A stretch of 64,000 bases of DNA from an uncultured Candidatus Rokubacteria bacterium (GTDB taxonomy: Bacteria > Methylomirabilota > Methylomirabilia > Rokubacteriales > DASRDR01), in NCBI GenBank assembly GCA_963708025.1, contig CAVPSB010000015.1, forward strand, positions 160,001-224,000, in the 5' to 3' direction. The position numbers and the translations under genes were made by a program. Below are positions 10,649 through 22,920 of this stretch, piece after piece. Below the pieces are notes generated by a model. The model was given only the letters and a program-made list of their open reading frames with translations, ran no database searches and was not told where the DNA came from. Numbering within the stretch: the first letter of the stretch is position 1; each line of letters starts with the position of its first letter.

Positions 10649-10893
10649 TCGGCCTCTCCATAGAGATATTTGTCGTGCTTGGCCGAGAGGTCCTTCGGGC
10701 CTTTGAACGAACCCCGGCGCCTATAGAACGCGTCGTCTCGATAGCTCTCTCGAAAGCTGGCCGGCGACGCACGTCGCGCATCGATCAGCGAGCGGATGAA
10801 GGCGCTGACCGTGAGCCCCTCGGCGGCCGCCTCGTGGCGCAGGAACTCGTACTGGTCGGAGGAAAGCTCGAGCGTCAAGCGCTTGGTCGTCAT
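10636..10893 (-). CDS. cognate antitoxin (RHH/CopG-like)
   Basis: MTTKRLTLEL...TVSAFIRSLI...DLSAKHDKYLYG; AGGAGG RBS; overlaps toxin start. Confidence 0.8.
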   Translation of the reverse strand: MTTKRLTLELSSDQYEFLRHEAAAEGLTVSAFIRSLIDARRASPASFRESYRDDAFYRRRGSFKGPKDLSAKHDKYLYGEAEWSS

Positions 10894-11010
10894 GGCATCC
10901 TCCTGTGCGTACGTACATACTACCACACGCCACCCGGGACGGGAGCGGCTTTCCCCCCACCGGGGTTGTGCTAGGATGCCGCGCGAGAGCCAAGCCTGCT
11001 GGAGGACGAC

Positions 11011-12045
11011 ATGGCCCAGGTCGCCCGCATCGAGGACCGCCCCGACCGCGCGCTGATCGCCGCGCTGGAGGCGGCGCGGCTCCACCCGCTGTGGGACCGC
11101 TACAAGCGGATCACGCCGATCCAGCCGCGGTCGGCCGAGGAGAGCCTCCTCTGGCGCTGGCGCGACATCGAGCCCTTGACCGCCCGGGCCGCCGGCGAGG
11201 TCCCGATCGAGGACGTCGAGCGGCGGGCGATCATCCTGGCCCACCCGGCCTTCGGCGGCCAGACGGTCACCACCAGCAACCTGATCGGCGCGTTCACCGT
11301 GCTGGAGCCGGGTGACCACGCGGTCCCGCATCGCCACACGGCGGCGGCGATCCGGTTCGCGACGCGCGCCGAGGGCGCGGTCACCATCGTCAACGGCCGC
11401 CGCTGCGAGATGCGGGACGGGGACCTCGTCCTCACCCCGCCGATGTGCTGGCATGGCCACGTCAACGCGAGCGACCACCGCACGATCTGGTTCGACTCGG
11501 CCAACATGCCGCTCATCAACACGCTGGACGCGAGCTTCTTCGAGCCGGGCCGCCGCGAGGCGGACGGGTTCTGGAACGTCGACGAGGGCGACGAGCGGCT
11601 GTGGGCGGCGGCCGGGCTGGTGGCGGCCGGGGTGGATCACCGGGCGTCCCACTCGCCCAAGTATCGCTACCCCGGCGAGGCGACGCGCCGGCTGCTGGAG
11701 GCCGCGCCGCCGGGGCCGGACGGCGCCCGCACCGTCCGCTACGTCAACCCGCTCACCGGCGGCGCGGTGATGCCGACCCTCGACTGCTACGCGACGCGCC
11801 TGACTGGGGGCGGGCCGACCCGCCCCCGGCGGGCGACCTACAACGCCGTCTGCCTGGTCGTGGCGGGCGAGGGGCGCTCGACGGTGGGCGAGCAGACCTT
11901 CGAGTGGGCGCGGCACGACGTCTTCACGGTTCCCCACTGGACCTGGGCGAGCCACCAGGGCCTGAGCCCCCACGCCGACCTCTTCGTCGTCACCGACCGC
12001 GCCGTCTACGAGCGCCTGGATCTCCTGCGGGAGGAGCTCCAGTAG
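11011..12045 (+). CDS. gentisate 1,2-dioxygenase-family bicupin
   Basis: ERRAIILAHP, HRHTAAAIRF, TPPMCWHGH, YVNPLTGG, DVFTVPHW. Confidence 0.88.
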   Translation: MAQVARIEDRPDRALIAALEAARLHPLWDRYKRITPIQPRSAEESLLWRWRDIEPLTARAAGEVPIEDVERRAIILAHPAFGGQTVTTSNLIGAFTVLEPGDHAVPHRHTAAAIRFATRAEGAVTIVNGRRCEMRDGDLVLTPPMCWHGHVNASDHRTIWFDSANMPLINTLDASFFEPGRREADGFWNVDEGDERLWAAAGLVAAGVDHRASHSPKYRYPGEATRRLLEAAPPGPDGARTVRYVNPLTGGAVMPTLDCYATRLTGGGPTRPRRATYNAVCLVVAGEGRSTVGEQTFEWARHDVFTVPHWTWASHQGLSPHADLFVVTDRAVYERLDLLREELQ

Positions 12046-12074
12046 CGAACCGCGCCCCGGCGGACTCTGCCGTC

Positions 12075-14471
<2,397 letters not shown>

Positions 14472-14486
14472 GAGCATGCGAGGTCG

Positions 14487-14660
14487 GTGAACGTCGAGCG
14501 CGCCGCGGTCCTGCTCGCCACGGTGGGATTGGCCGCCGGGTGTGGCGTTCCTCCTCTGCCGATCGATCCGGGCGCCACGCCGCGGTTCGCCGGCCTGTGC
14601 GGCACGATCGGCATCACCATTCGCGGAGAACCCGGCGCGCTGGAATCGGGTAGACTCTAG
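14487..14660 (+). CDS. possible small lipoprotein or remnant (57 aa), not in ORF track
   Basis: [19 protein letters not shown]: hydrophobic stretch plus lipobox. Confidence 0.3.
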   Translation: MNVERAAVLLATVGLAAGCGVPPLPIDPGATPRFAGLCGTIGITIRGEPGALESGRL

Positions 14661-14663
14661 CTC

Positions 14664-14969
14664 GTGCCCACCGACGCCCCGAAGAGCGCGTACGAGCTGG
14701 CGATGGAGCGCCTTCGGCAGAAGGACCGCGAGGCAGGGGTCGAGGAGCGTCCGCTGACCGACGAGCAGAAGGCGGCGATCGCCGAGGCGCGCCAGATCTA
14801 TCAGGCGAGGGTCGCCGAGCGCGAGATCCTCCACCGGGACGCCCTGCCCAAGGCCCAGAGCCGCCAGGAAGTCGACAAGCTCGAGGGCGAGCTGGCGCGC
14901 GACCGGGATCGCCTGGCCAGCGACCGGGACCGCAAGATCGCCGAGATCAAGCAGCGGTCGGCGAAGTAG
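14664..14969 (+). CDS. conserved hypothetical helical protein
   Basis: KSAYELAMERL...LTDEQKAAIAE; strong GC3 codon bias; TAGACT 7 nt before GTG. Confidence 0.75.
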   Translation: MPTDAPKSAYELAMERLRQKDREAGVEERPLTDEQKAAIAEARQIYQARVAEREILHRDALPKAQSRQEVDKLEGELARDRDRLASDRDRKIAEIKQRSAK

Positions 14970-15104
14970 AACGCGAGGCGCCTCGTGCGCGAGCCGAGAG
15001 TAATCGGAGGCCCCCGTCTCGCCTCCGAAGATGGCTCGATCACGGTCGCCTGGCGAGCCGGGCGGGTCGCCCACGTGAAGCCGGGGCCATGACGCCGTCA
15101 TGAG

Positions 15105-16242
15105 ATGCGGGTCGCGGTAGTCGGGGCGGGGCCGGCCGGGCTGCTCTTCGCGCTGCTCGCCAAGCGACGGCGGCCGGCGTGGCGGGTCGAGGTCGTCGAG
15201 CAGAATCCGCCCGGCGCCACCTACGGGTTCGGCGTCGTGTTCTCGGAGGGCGCGCTCGGCTTCCTCGAGCGCGACGAGCCGGCGCTGCTGCGGGTCCTCA
15301 CCGCCGCGATGCAGGCCTGGCCGATGCAGCGTATCGTGCACCGGGACCAGCGGGTGGACGTTCGACGGCAACGGCTTCTCGGCGATCGGCCGGCTCGAGC
15401 TGCTCCGGGTCATCCAGGGGCTTTGCCGCGAGGCGGGCGTGGCCCTCCAGTTCGACCGAGCGATCGGATCGCTCGACGAGGTCGTGGGCGCGGACCTCGT
15501 CGTCGGCGCCGACGGGGCGAACTCGCTCGTGCGCCGGACGCTGGAAGCGCACTTCCAGCCGAGGGTCGAGCTGCTCACCAACCGGTTCGCCTGGTACGGC
15601 ACCGCCCGGACGTTCGAGTGCCTGACGCTCACGTTCCGGGAGAGCGAGCATGGCGCCTTCGTCGCCCACCATTACCGTCATGCGCCGGCGATGAGCACCT
15701 TCGTCGTGGAGTGCGACGCGGCGACGTGGACGCGGGCAGGGCTCGACCGCATGTCCGATGCCGAGTCGCGCGCCTACTGCGAGCGCGTGTTCGCGCCGGA
15801 CCTCGGCGGGCACCCGCTCGTCTCGAACCGGTCGGTGTGGCGCCGGTTCCCGCTCCTCGCGAGCCGGCGCTGGTCGGTCGAGAACGTCGTGCTGCTCGGC
15901 GATGCGCTGCGCACGGTGCACTTCTCGATCGGCTCCGGGACCCGCCTCGCGCTCGAGGACGCGATCGCCCTCGACCGCGCTTTCGCGGAGAGCGGCGAGG
16001 ACGTGCCCCGCGCGCTGGCGGCATTCGAGCGCGAGCGCCGGCCGGTCGTCGAGAAGCTCCTGGCGGCGGCCACCGCGAGCTCTTACTGGTACGAGACGTT
16101 TCCCGAGCGAATGGGCCGGTTCGACGCGATCCGGCTCGCCCACGACTACATGACGCGAAGCGGCCGCATGACCGACGATCGCCTGCGACAGCTCGCGCCG
16201 CAGTTCATGGCCAGGGTGGACAAGGCACCCGGGAAGGTCTGA
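15105..16242 (+). CDS. FAD-dependent monooxygenase, similar to the N-terminal domain of salicylyl-CoA 5-hydroxylase/anthraniloyl-CoA monooxygenase (frameshift near 15362)
   Basis: GAGPAG, TYGFGVVFS, ADGANS, LLGDALRTVHFSIGSGTRLALED. Confidence 0.88.
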
Positions 16243-16248
16243 GAGGCC

Positions 16249-17752
16249 ATGGCGCGATCCGGCGCCCGCGCCTCGCGGCGGGAGAACGAGACGGCGACGA
16301 CGCGTCGCCGGCGTCGGACCGCGGGCCAGCCCGATCGCCGATCTGCGTCGCCTGCTCTCGGAGCAGGGGTTCCAGCGGATCGCCGGGGGGCCGGTCGTGC
16401 CGGGGAACCGCCTGCGGATCCTGCGGGACGCCCGGGAGAACTACCCGGCCTGGATGGCGGCGATCGAGTCGGCGCGCCGGACCATCCACCTCGAGATGTA
16501 CATCGTCCACGACGACGGCATCGGGCGCCGCTTCCGCGATCTGCTCGTCGCCCGGGCGCGGGCCGGGGTGACGGTCCGCGTCCTCTACGACTGGTTCGGC
16601 TCGCTGCGGCTGGTCGGCCGCGGGTTCTGGGCGCCGCTGCGGGCGGCGGGCGGCGAGGTCCGGGTGGCGAACCCGCCGAGCCTCGACAGCGTGCTGGGCT
16701 GGGCCAGCCGCGACCATCGGAAGCTCCTCAGCGTCGACGGGTCCGAGGCGTTCATCTCCGGCCTCTGCATCGGCGACGCGTGGATCGGCGACCCCGAGCG
16801 CGGGATCGCGCCCTGGCGCGACACCGGCGTCCAGCTCGCCGGGCCGGCGGTCGCCGACGCCGAGGCGGCCTTCGCCGCCGCCTGGGCCCTCGCCGGCCCT
16901 CCTGTCCCGCCCGCCGAGCTGCCGCGCCGGGAGGCCATCGCGGCGGCGGGGGCCGTCGCGCTCCGGGTGATCGCCTCCGCGCCCGAGACGACGGAGCTGT
17001 ACCGGATGGACCTCCTGGTGGCGGTAGCGGCCCGCGAGCGGCTCTGGCTGACCGACGCCTACTTCATGGCCACCCCGGCCTACCGCCAGGCGCTCCGCTC
17101 GGCGGCGCTCGACGGGGTGGACGTGCGGCTCCTGGTGCCGCACGGCAGTGACATCGAGTGGATCGCCAACGTCTCCCGCACGATGTACCGCTCCCTGCTG
17201 GAGGCGGGCGTGCGCGTCTTCGAGTGGGACGGCCCCATGGTGCACGCGAAGACGGCGGTGGCCGACGGGCGCTGGACCCGCGTCGGCTCCACGAACCTCA
17301 ACGTCGCGAGCTGGCTCGGCAACTGGGAGCTGGACGTGGCCGTCGAGGACGAGGGGATCGCCCGCGAGATGGAGGCGGTCTTCCTCGACGACCTGACGAA
17401 CGCGACCGAGATCGTCATCACGCCGCGGAAGAAGGTGCGGCCCTACGAGCCCGGTCCCCGGGCGCGCTCGGGGCTGGGCTCGAGCTCGCGGGTGCTGAAG
17501 GACGCCGCCCGCATGGGCAGCTTCGTCGGCGCGGCGGTCAAGGGTCACCGGACGCTGGAGCGTGGCGAGTCGTGGCCCCTGGTCACGTTCGCCGCGGCGC
17601 TCCTCGCGCTGGCCCTGGTCGCCGCCCTGCTGCCCCGGCTGATCGCCTACCCGCTAGCGGCGCTCTCGGGCGTGACCGGCGGGCTGCTGCTCCTCAAGGC
17701 GGTGCGGCTGCGCTGGGGCCGCCGGTGGAAGGAGGACGCCGGCCCCGGCTGA
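16249..17752 (+). CDS. cardiolipin synthase-like phospholipase D (start uncertain, probable frameshift about 16300)
   Basis: Two HKD motifs (HRKLLSVD, HAKTAVAD), GSTNLN; C-terminal TM pair. Confidence 0.88.
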
Positions 17753-17767
17753 CCCGCGACCGCCCGG
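17731..17767 (+). repeat. left copy of 37-bp direct repeat flanking TA module (contains the PLD stop codon)
   Basis: GGAGGACGCCGGCCCCGGCTGACCCGCGACCGCCCGG; one mismatch to 18711-18747. Confidence 0.9.
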
Positions 17768-17872
17768 AGACGACGAAGGGCTATGGGCTCCCCTCGTAAC
17801 CCCTCGTCGTCGGCCGCCGGCTCCGGTCCGATGGGCTTCACTCCGGGCGAGCGAGGTTGACGGCGCCCGCTG

Positions 17873-18292
17873 TCAGCGGCCCGGCACGACGCGGAACCGT
17901 CGCCGGCCCCCGATACGGTACGTTTCGAAGTCGGCGTGGTCGATCGTGAAGATGGTGGCCAGGGATTCCCGGTGCGCAAGGTGGACCAGCGTGGCATCGG
18001 CGAAGTCCATGGCGTGGTCCGCATAGCGCTCCATGAGGTGCTTCAGAGCCGGCAGGTCGGAATCGTCGATGGAGAGCACGGCGACAGCACCGGAGCGGAG
18101 GAAGCCCCACGCGGCCTCGATATCTCGGGGCCGGTCGCCGACCAGGTGGAACAACTCGGCCAGGACGGCTGCCGAGGTCGCCAGCGGAAAGCGGAGCGAT
18201 GCGAACGCGTCGCGGCACCGCTCGTGCCACCGGTCATCCCGGTCGAGCAGCGCGAGGATCGCGCCGGTGTCGATCAGACCGCTAGGACGCAC
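17873..18292 (-). CDS. vapC: VapC-type PIN-domain toxin
   Basis: LIDTGAIL, VLAELFH, MDFADATLV, IFTIDHADF. Confidence 0.9.
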   Translation of the reverse strand: MRPSGLIDTGAILALLDRDDRWHERCRDAFASLRFPLATSAAVLAELFHLVGDRPRDIEAAWGFLRSGAVAVLSIDDSDLPALKHLMERYADHAMDFADATLVHLAHRESLATIFTIDHADFETYRIGGRRRFRVVPGR

Positions 18293-18569
18293 GCCGCTTC
18301 GCGAGCCGCTCGCGGATCTCGCGGCGTGCACTCTCGGCGCGCCGCGGGTTTCCCCCGGCCAGCGAGCCGACGAAGCGCTCCGACGATGCCCGGATGCGCT
18401 GCTGAACCGACTCGGACTCGCCAGCCCCGGCTGCCCGATCTCGGAGCCACTCTCGCGCCATGCGGCCGAGCAGCTCGCCGACGCTGGTCTTCTCCTCGCG
18501 AGCGGCGTCTTCGAGCGCCGCCTTCAGGTCGGCGGCCACGCGCCAGCTGTAGACTTCACTCTTCGCCAT
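18282..18569 (-). CDS. cognate antitoxin (RHH-like)
   Basis: MAKSEVYSWRVAADLKAALEDAAREEKTSVGELL; overlaps toxin start. Confidence 0.8.
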   Translation of the reverse strand: MAKSEVYSWRVAADLKAALEDAAREEKTSVGELLGRMAREWLRDRAAGAGESESVQQRIRASSERFVGSLAGGNPRRAESARREIRERLAKRRAS

Positions 18570-18605
18570 GCACGACACTGTAGTGCATGGCTCCCCGGGC
18601 GTCAA
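18567..18605 (-). promoter_or_regulatory. sigma70 promoter with overlapping operator palindrome; leaderless TA transcript
   Basis: TTGACG (18605-18600), 17 nt, TACAGT (18582-18577), 7 nt, ATG; inverted repeat CATGCAC-N9-GTGCATG over the -10 and start. Confidence 0.75.
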
Positions 18606-18710
18606 GCTCCGCGCGCAGCTCCCGGCTCCATCGAGTGCTCACCGAGTGCCGTTCCAACTTGTCCCAGCTGCGAGCTGGCCGGCAATCGGGAGCCGGGACC
18701 GCCGGCGGGA

Positions 18711-18747
18711 GGAGGACGCCGGCTCCGGCTGACCCGCGACCGCCCGG
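18711..18747 (+). repeat. right copy of 37-bp direct repeat
   Basis: GGAGGACGCCGGCTCCGGCTGACCCGCGACCGCCCGG. Confidence 0.9.
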
Positions 18748-18769
18748 GCGCCCGGTCAGGTGTGGGCGA

Positions 18770-19108
18770 CTACCCCGCTCCGCCGCTGGTCGGCCCGCGA
18801 TAGCCCGCGCCCCCCGCCTTGCGCATCGCCTCGACGACCTGCTCGGGAGTCAGCAGCACGGTCGTCTTCGTGGCGCGCAGGTGTCCGGGCGCCATGGCCG
18901 CGAGCAGGATCGATGTGATGGCGACCTCGTTCGGGGCCTCGACGATGATGAAGCCGTCGTACTCGCCGAAGGAGTAGTAGACTCCGACGAGCCGGCCACC
19001 GAACTGCTGGCAGAGCTTCGACACGACCTCGGTCCGGTTCTCGGGCTTCCGGGTGAAGGCGGTCCAGGCTTCGCTCGTGTAGGCGAACTGCGCCATGTAG
19101 AGAGGCAT
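18770..19108 (-). CDS. GYD domain-containing protein
   Basis: MPLYMAQFAYT...PENR...YYSFGEYDG...TTVLLT; upstream TTGACG-17-TAGAGT at 19189-19161. Confidence 0.85.
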   Translation of the reverse strand: MPLYMAQFAYTSEAWTAFTRKPENRTEVVSKLCQQFGGRLVGVYYSFGEYDGFIIVEAPNEVAITSILLAAMAPGHLRATKTTVLLTPEQVVEAMRKAGGAGYRGPTSGGAG

Positions 19109-19237
19109 CGCGGTGTCTCCTGTCGGTCCTGGGTGGCGGAGCGGTCGAGGTGGTGAGGGGACTCTATGCCCGGGGCCAGCAGGCGTCAAGGAGCGAGCCA
19201 GGTCGCCGCCGACTATAATGGGTCGCTGGAGGGACTC

Positions 19238-19552
19238 GTGGCGGACATCCGACAGTTCATCTATATAGTGCGCCCCACGCGCCTGCAGATGCTGACCGAG
19301 GGCCCGACCTCGGAGGAGGGCGCCGTGGTCAAGCGTCATCTCGAGTACCTGGAGCGCCTGGCCGAGGCGGGCGTCGTGCTGCTGGCCGGCCGGACCCAGA
19401 CGGCGGACGAGAAGACATTCGGCCTCGTCGTCTTCCGGGCGGAGTCCGAGGAGGCGGCCCGGCGCATCGTCGACGGCGATCCCGCCGTCGCCCACGGCGT
19501 CATGCGGGCCGAGCTGTACCCCTACCGGGTCGCGGTCCTCGGGAAATTCTGA
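19238..19552 (+). CDS. YciI family protein
   Basis: HLEYL...LAGRT...GLVVFRAESEEAAR...DPAV; TATAAT at 19214-19219. Confidence 0.8.
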   Translation: MADIRQFIYIVRPTRLQMLTEGPTSEEGAVVKRHLEYLERLAEAGVVLLAGRTQTADEKTFGLVVFRAESEEAARRIVDGDPAVAHGVMRAELYPYRVAVLGKF

Positions 19553-19608
19553 GACCGCGAATCGGCTGCCGCTGACCCCCTTTCGGGGGACACCACACGG
19601 GAGCCACA

Positions 19609-20391
19609 ATGGATCTCGGATTGCGCGGGAAGGCGGCGCTCGTTACCGGCGCCAGCCGGGGAATCGGCCGGGGCATCGCCGTCGAGCTGGCGCGGGAAGG
19701 CTGCCGGATCGCGCTCTGCGCGCGGGGCAAGGACGCCCTGGACCAGGCGGCGGCGGAGATCCGGGGGCTCGGCGCCGAGGTGGTCGCGGTGGTGGCCGAC
19801 GTCACGACCGACGGCGGCATCCGCGAGGTCGTGGACGCGGCCCGGGCCGCCTTCGGCCGGATCGACGTGCTGGTCAACAACGTCGGGGGCTCGACCGGCG
19901 CCTCCTTCCAGGAGACCAGCGTGGAGGACTGGCAGCGGGCCATCGACCTCAACCTGCTGCCGGCGGTGCGGGCCAGCCGCCTGGTGGTCCCGGACATGCG
20001 GAGCCGGGGGGCGGGGGCGATCGTCAACATCGTCTCCATCTATGGCCGCGAATGGGGCGGGGCCTACGTGCGCCGGCCGACCTACATGGCGGCCAAGGCG
20101 GCGGAGATCGCCATGTCCAAGGCGCTGGCCCTGGAGCTGGCCCCCCACGGGATCCGGGTCAACGCGGTGGCACCCGGCTCGATCATCTTCCCGGGGGGCG
20201 GCTGGGAGCGCCGGACGCGCGAGGACCCCGACGGGATCGCGACCTTCATCGCGGCGGACCTGCCGCTCGGCCGGTTCGGGCGCGCGGACGAGGTCGGCCG
20301 CGTCGTGGCCTTCCTCGCCTCGGACGCCGCCAGCCTCGTCCTGGGTGCCTGCCTGAACGTGGACGGGGGCCAGTCCCGCTCCCTGATCTGA
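19609..20391 (+). CDS. SDR family oxidoreductase
   Basis: TGASRGIG, NNVG, YMAAK, VNAVAPG. Confidence 0.93.
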   Translation: MDLGLRGKAALVTGASRGIGRGIAVELAREGCRIALCARGKDALDQAAAEIRGLGAEVVAVVADVTTDGGIREVVDAARAAFGRIDVLVNNVGGSTGASFQETSVEDWQRAIDLNLLPAVRASRLVVPDMRSRGAGAIVNIVSIYGREWGGAYVRRPTYMAAKAAEIAMSKALALELAPHGIRVNAVAPGSIIFPGGGWERRTREDPDGIATFIAADLPLGRFGRADEVGRVVAFLASDAASLVLGACLNVDGGQSRSLI

Positions 20392-20458
20392 GCCGCGGCC
20401 GGCGCCCGCGGTCGGAATTTCCGGCCGCCCGGCCGGGGCGCGGTGCTATACCGCTCCC

Positions 20459-21716
20459 GTGAGCGTGCTCTCCAGCGCTCCGCCAGCGTCGTCCCTCCGC
20501 GCGCTGGCCTTCCACGGGCGAGCCCGCACCCTCTTCGGCATTCACGTCGTCAACGTCTTCTTCACGCTCCTGACGCTGGGCCTCTACTACCCGTGGGCGC
20601 GGGTCCGCGCCCGGCAGTACCTCGTCAGCCAGGTCGAGCTCGACGGCGACCGGTTCGGCTACGTACGTGCGGACGGGCTTCTTCGGCATCCCGCGCATCG
20701 AGCGCGTCCGCCTCCAGCCCGACCGCCAGCTTCCCGAGCTGCTGGAGACCGTCCCGTCGGCCGCGTCCCCGCGGCGGCGGCTCACCGATGGGCTCCTCGC
20801 CGCGGGCCGGTGGCCGGAGGCGGTCGCGCACGTCCGCGCGTACGCGCGCTACCATCCCGCCGACGCCGAGTACCTCGCCGGGGTCGCGTCGCGGCTGCGG
20901 CAGGCGGGGCGAGCCGAGGAGCTGGCCGTCGTCCAGGCGCTGCTGGCCCAGGCCGAGCGGGAGGCCCGGGCGCCGCGGGGCGCGACCGCCGACCAGACGG
21001 ATCCGGAGGCCGGGCCCCTCGCGCTGGCCGGCGAGGTGCTCGCGCTGGCCGGGCTCGACACGCGCCTCGCGCAGCTCGAACGGGAGGTCGAGGTGCGGCT
21101 GGGGTCGCTTCGCCCGGCGGCGCGCGAGCCCGGCCGGCTCCAGGCCGTCATCAGGCGAGCCTTCTCGCGCGCCGCGCTGGCGGTGGCCGCCCGGCGGGTG
21201 GTGGCCGCGCGGCTCGGCGAGCCCGAGGCCCAGGCGGCGGTGGGCTGGCTGCGCTCGCCGCTCGGGCGGCGCGCGACCGAGCTGGAGGGGACCCTCTCTT
21301 CGGAGGGGCGTTCCCGCTTCGTCCGCGGGTTCCCCGAGGTGACGCCGCCGCCGGCACGGCTCGCGCTGGCCCGGCGACTGGAGGCCGCCACCGGCGTGGC
21401 CGCGCTGAATGCCGAGGCGAGGACCGCCGTGGAGCGCGGTGTCGCCGGGGCGGCCGCGCCGCTCCTCCTGGAGTCCCGGCGGCCGGACGAGCCGGGTCTC
21501 GATGCCTGGATGGAACGGATCGAGTCCACCGCGTTCGAGGCCGTGACGGGGATCCTCTTCGCCTACCGGGAGCTGGAGGACGCGGCGCTGGAGGAGATGG
21601 TGCGGTTCCGGGAAGGCCCGGCCGGGCGCTGGACCTCCGAGGTCTATCGCGATGCGCTCCTCGGGGCGATCCGGGCCGGCGAGGCGCGCGCCGCCGCGGC
21701 GGCCGGCCAGCGCTGA
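20459..21716 (+). pseudogene. truncated YjgN/DUF898 N-terminus joined out of frame to a soluble helical (TPR/DUF2059-like) coding region
   Basis: FHG...VNVFFTLLTLGLYYPWARVR..Y..SQVELDGDRF is YjgN-like; frame changes at TACGTACG (20660-20667); downstream WLRSPLGRR / FREGPAGRW. Confidence 0.55.
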
Positions 21717-21821
21717 GAGACCAGGGCGGCGGGGAGACCCAACCGATCGCCTTGACGGTCGTGCCGCCGCCCGGATAGACTCCCCGGTACCGGTCGGTCG
21801 TTCTTTCCCGAGAGCAGACGC

Positions 21822-22793
21822 ATGAAGCTAATCGGCATCCTTTTCGGCCAGGAGCGGGCCTTCCCCTACACCCTGATCGAGCGCATCAACGCGCTCGGGG
21901 CGAACGGGGTCGCGGCCGAGCCGGTCACCGTCGGGGGCGTGAGCCTGGAGACGCCCCGGCGCTACGATCTGGTGCTCGACCGGATCAGCCAGGACATCCC
22001 CTTCTATCGCGCGATCCTCAAGAAGCTCGTGGTGGACGGCACCGTCGTGGTCAACAACCCCTTCTGGTGGTCGGCCGACGACAAGTTCTTCAACAACGTG
22101 GTGGCCCACGCCATCGGGGTGGCGGTGCCGAAGACGGTCATCCTCCCGTCGAACCAGCACCCGCCCAACACGACGTCGTCGTCGATGACCAACCTCGTCT
22201 ACCCGCTCGACTGGGCGTCCATCTTCAGCCACGTCGGCTTCCCCGCCTACTTCAAGCCCTACGCCGGGGGCGGCTGGAAGAGCGTCTACCGCGTGAGCGG
22301 CCCCGACGAGTTCTTCGCGGCCTACCAGGCCTCGGGGCAGCTCGTCATGACCCTCCAGGAGGAGATCCGCTTCGAGGAGTATTTCCGCTGCTACGTCATC
22401 GGGCAGAAGTACGTCCACGTCATGCGCTACGACCCGCGCCAGCCGCACTTCCAGCGCTACCTGCGGGATGCCCCTCCGATCGACCCCGCGCTCCACGCGC
22501 GCCTCCACGGGGACTGCCTCAAGCTGGCGACCACGCTCGGCTACGACTTCGACACCATGGAGTTCGCGGTCCGGGACGGCGTCCCCTACGCCATCGACTT
22601 CCTCAACCCGGCCCCCGACGCCGACCCCGGCTCGATCGGGCCGGCCAACTTCGAGTGGATCGTCGAGCACTCCGCCCGGTGGCTGGTCGAGCGGGTGCTG
22701 CAGGGGGCGGACCCGGTGAAGCAATTCCACTGGCAGGTCCTGCTGTCGGGCGGCCAGGTGCCGGCGCCGGCGGCGGGAGAGGACCCGCGATGA
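21822..22793 (+). CDS. RimK-like ATP-grasp ligase
   Basis: DRISQDIPFY, NNPFWWSADDKF, KPYAGGGWK, EFAVRDGVPYAIDFLNPAPD. Confidence 0.85.
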   Translation: MKLIGILFGQERAFPYTLIERINALGANGVAAEPVTVGGVSLETPRRYDLVLDRISQDIPFYRAILKKLVVDGTVVVNNPFWWSADDKFFNNVVAHAIGVAVPKTVILPSNQHPPNTTSSSMTNLVYPLDWASIFSHVGFPAYFKPYAGGGWKSVYRVSGPDEFFAAYQASGQLVMTLQEEIRFEEYFRCYVIGQKYVHVMRYDPRQPHFQRYLRDAPPIDPALHARLHGDCLKLATTLGYDFDTMEFAVRDGVPYAIDFLNPAPDADPGSIGPANFEWIVEHSARWLVERVLQGADPVKQFHWQVLLSGGQVPAPAAGEDPR

Positions 22794-22846
22794 CGGAACA
22801 CCCGGGCGCGTCGGGGCCCGTGCATGCTGGCCCAGGTATCGCGCGA

Positions 22847-22920
22847 CACCCCTCCCCCCGGCCACAGGCCGAAGGCCGTCCAACGGTGGGGAGGGGACGG
22901 GGGTGGGGGTGGACCCAATG
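22847..22920 (+). repeat. second copy of the repeat at 2654-2788; ends in the downstream start codon
   Basis: CACCCCTCCCC..AGGCCGAAGGCCGTCC..GGTGGGGAGGGG..GGGTGGGGGTGGACCCAATG. Confidence 0.8.

Noticed and set aside
17770-17865. Hairpin downstream of vapC as an integron attC site
   Set aside because: No convincing paired R''/R' boxes, and no integrase or further cassettes
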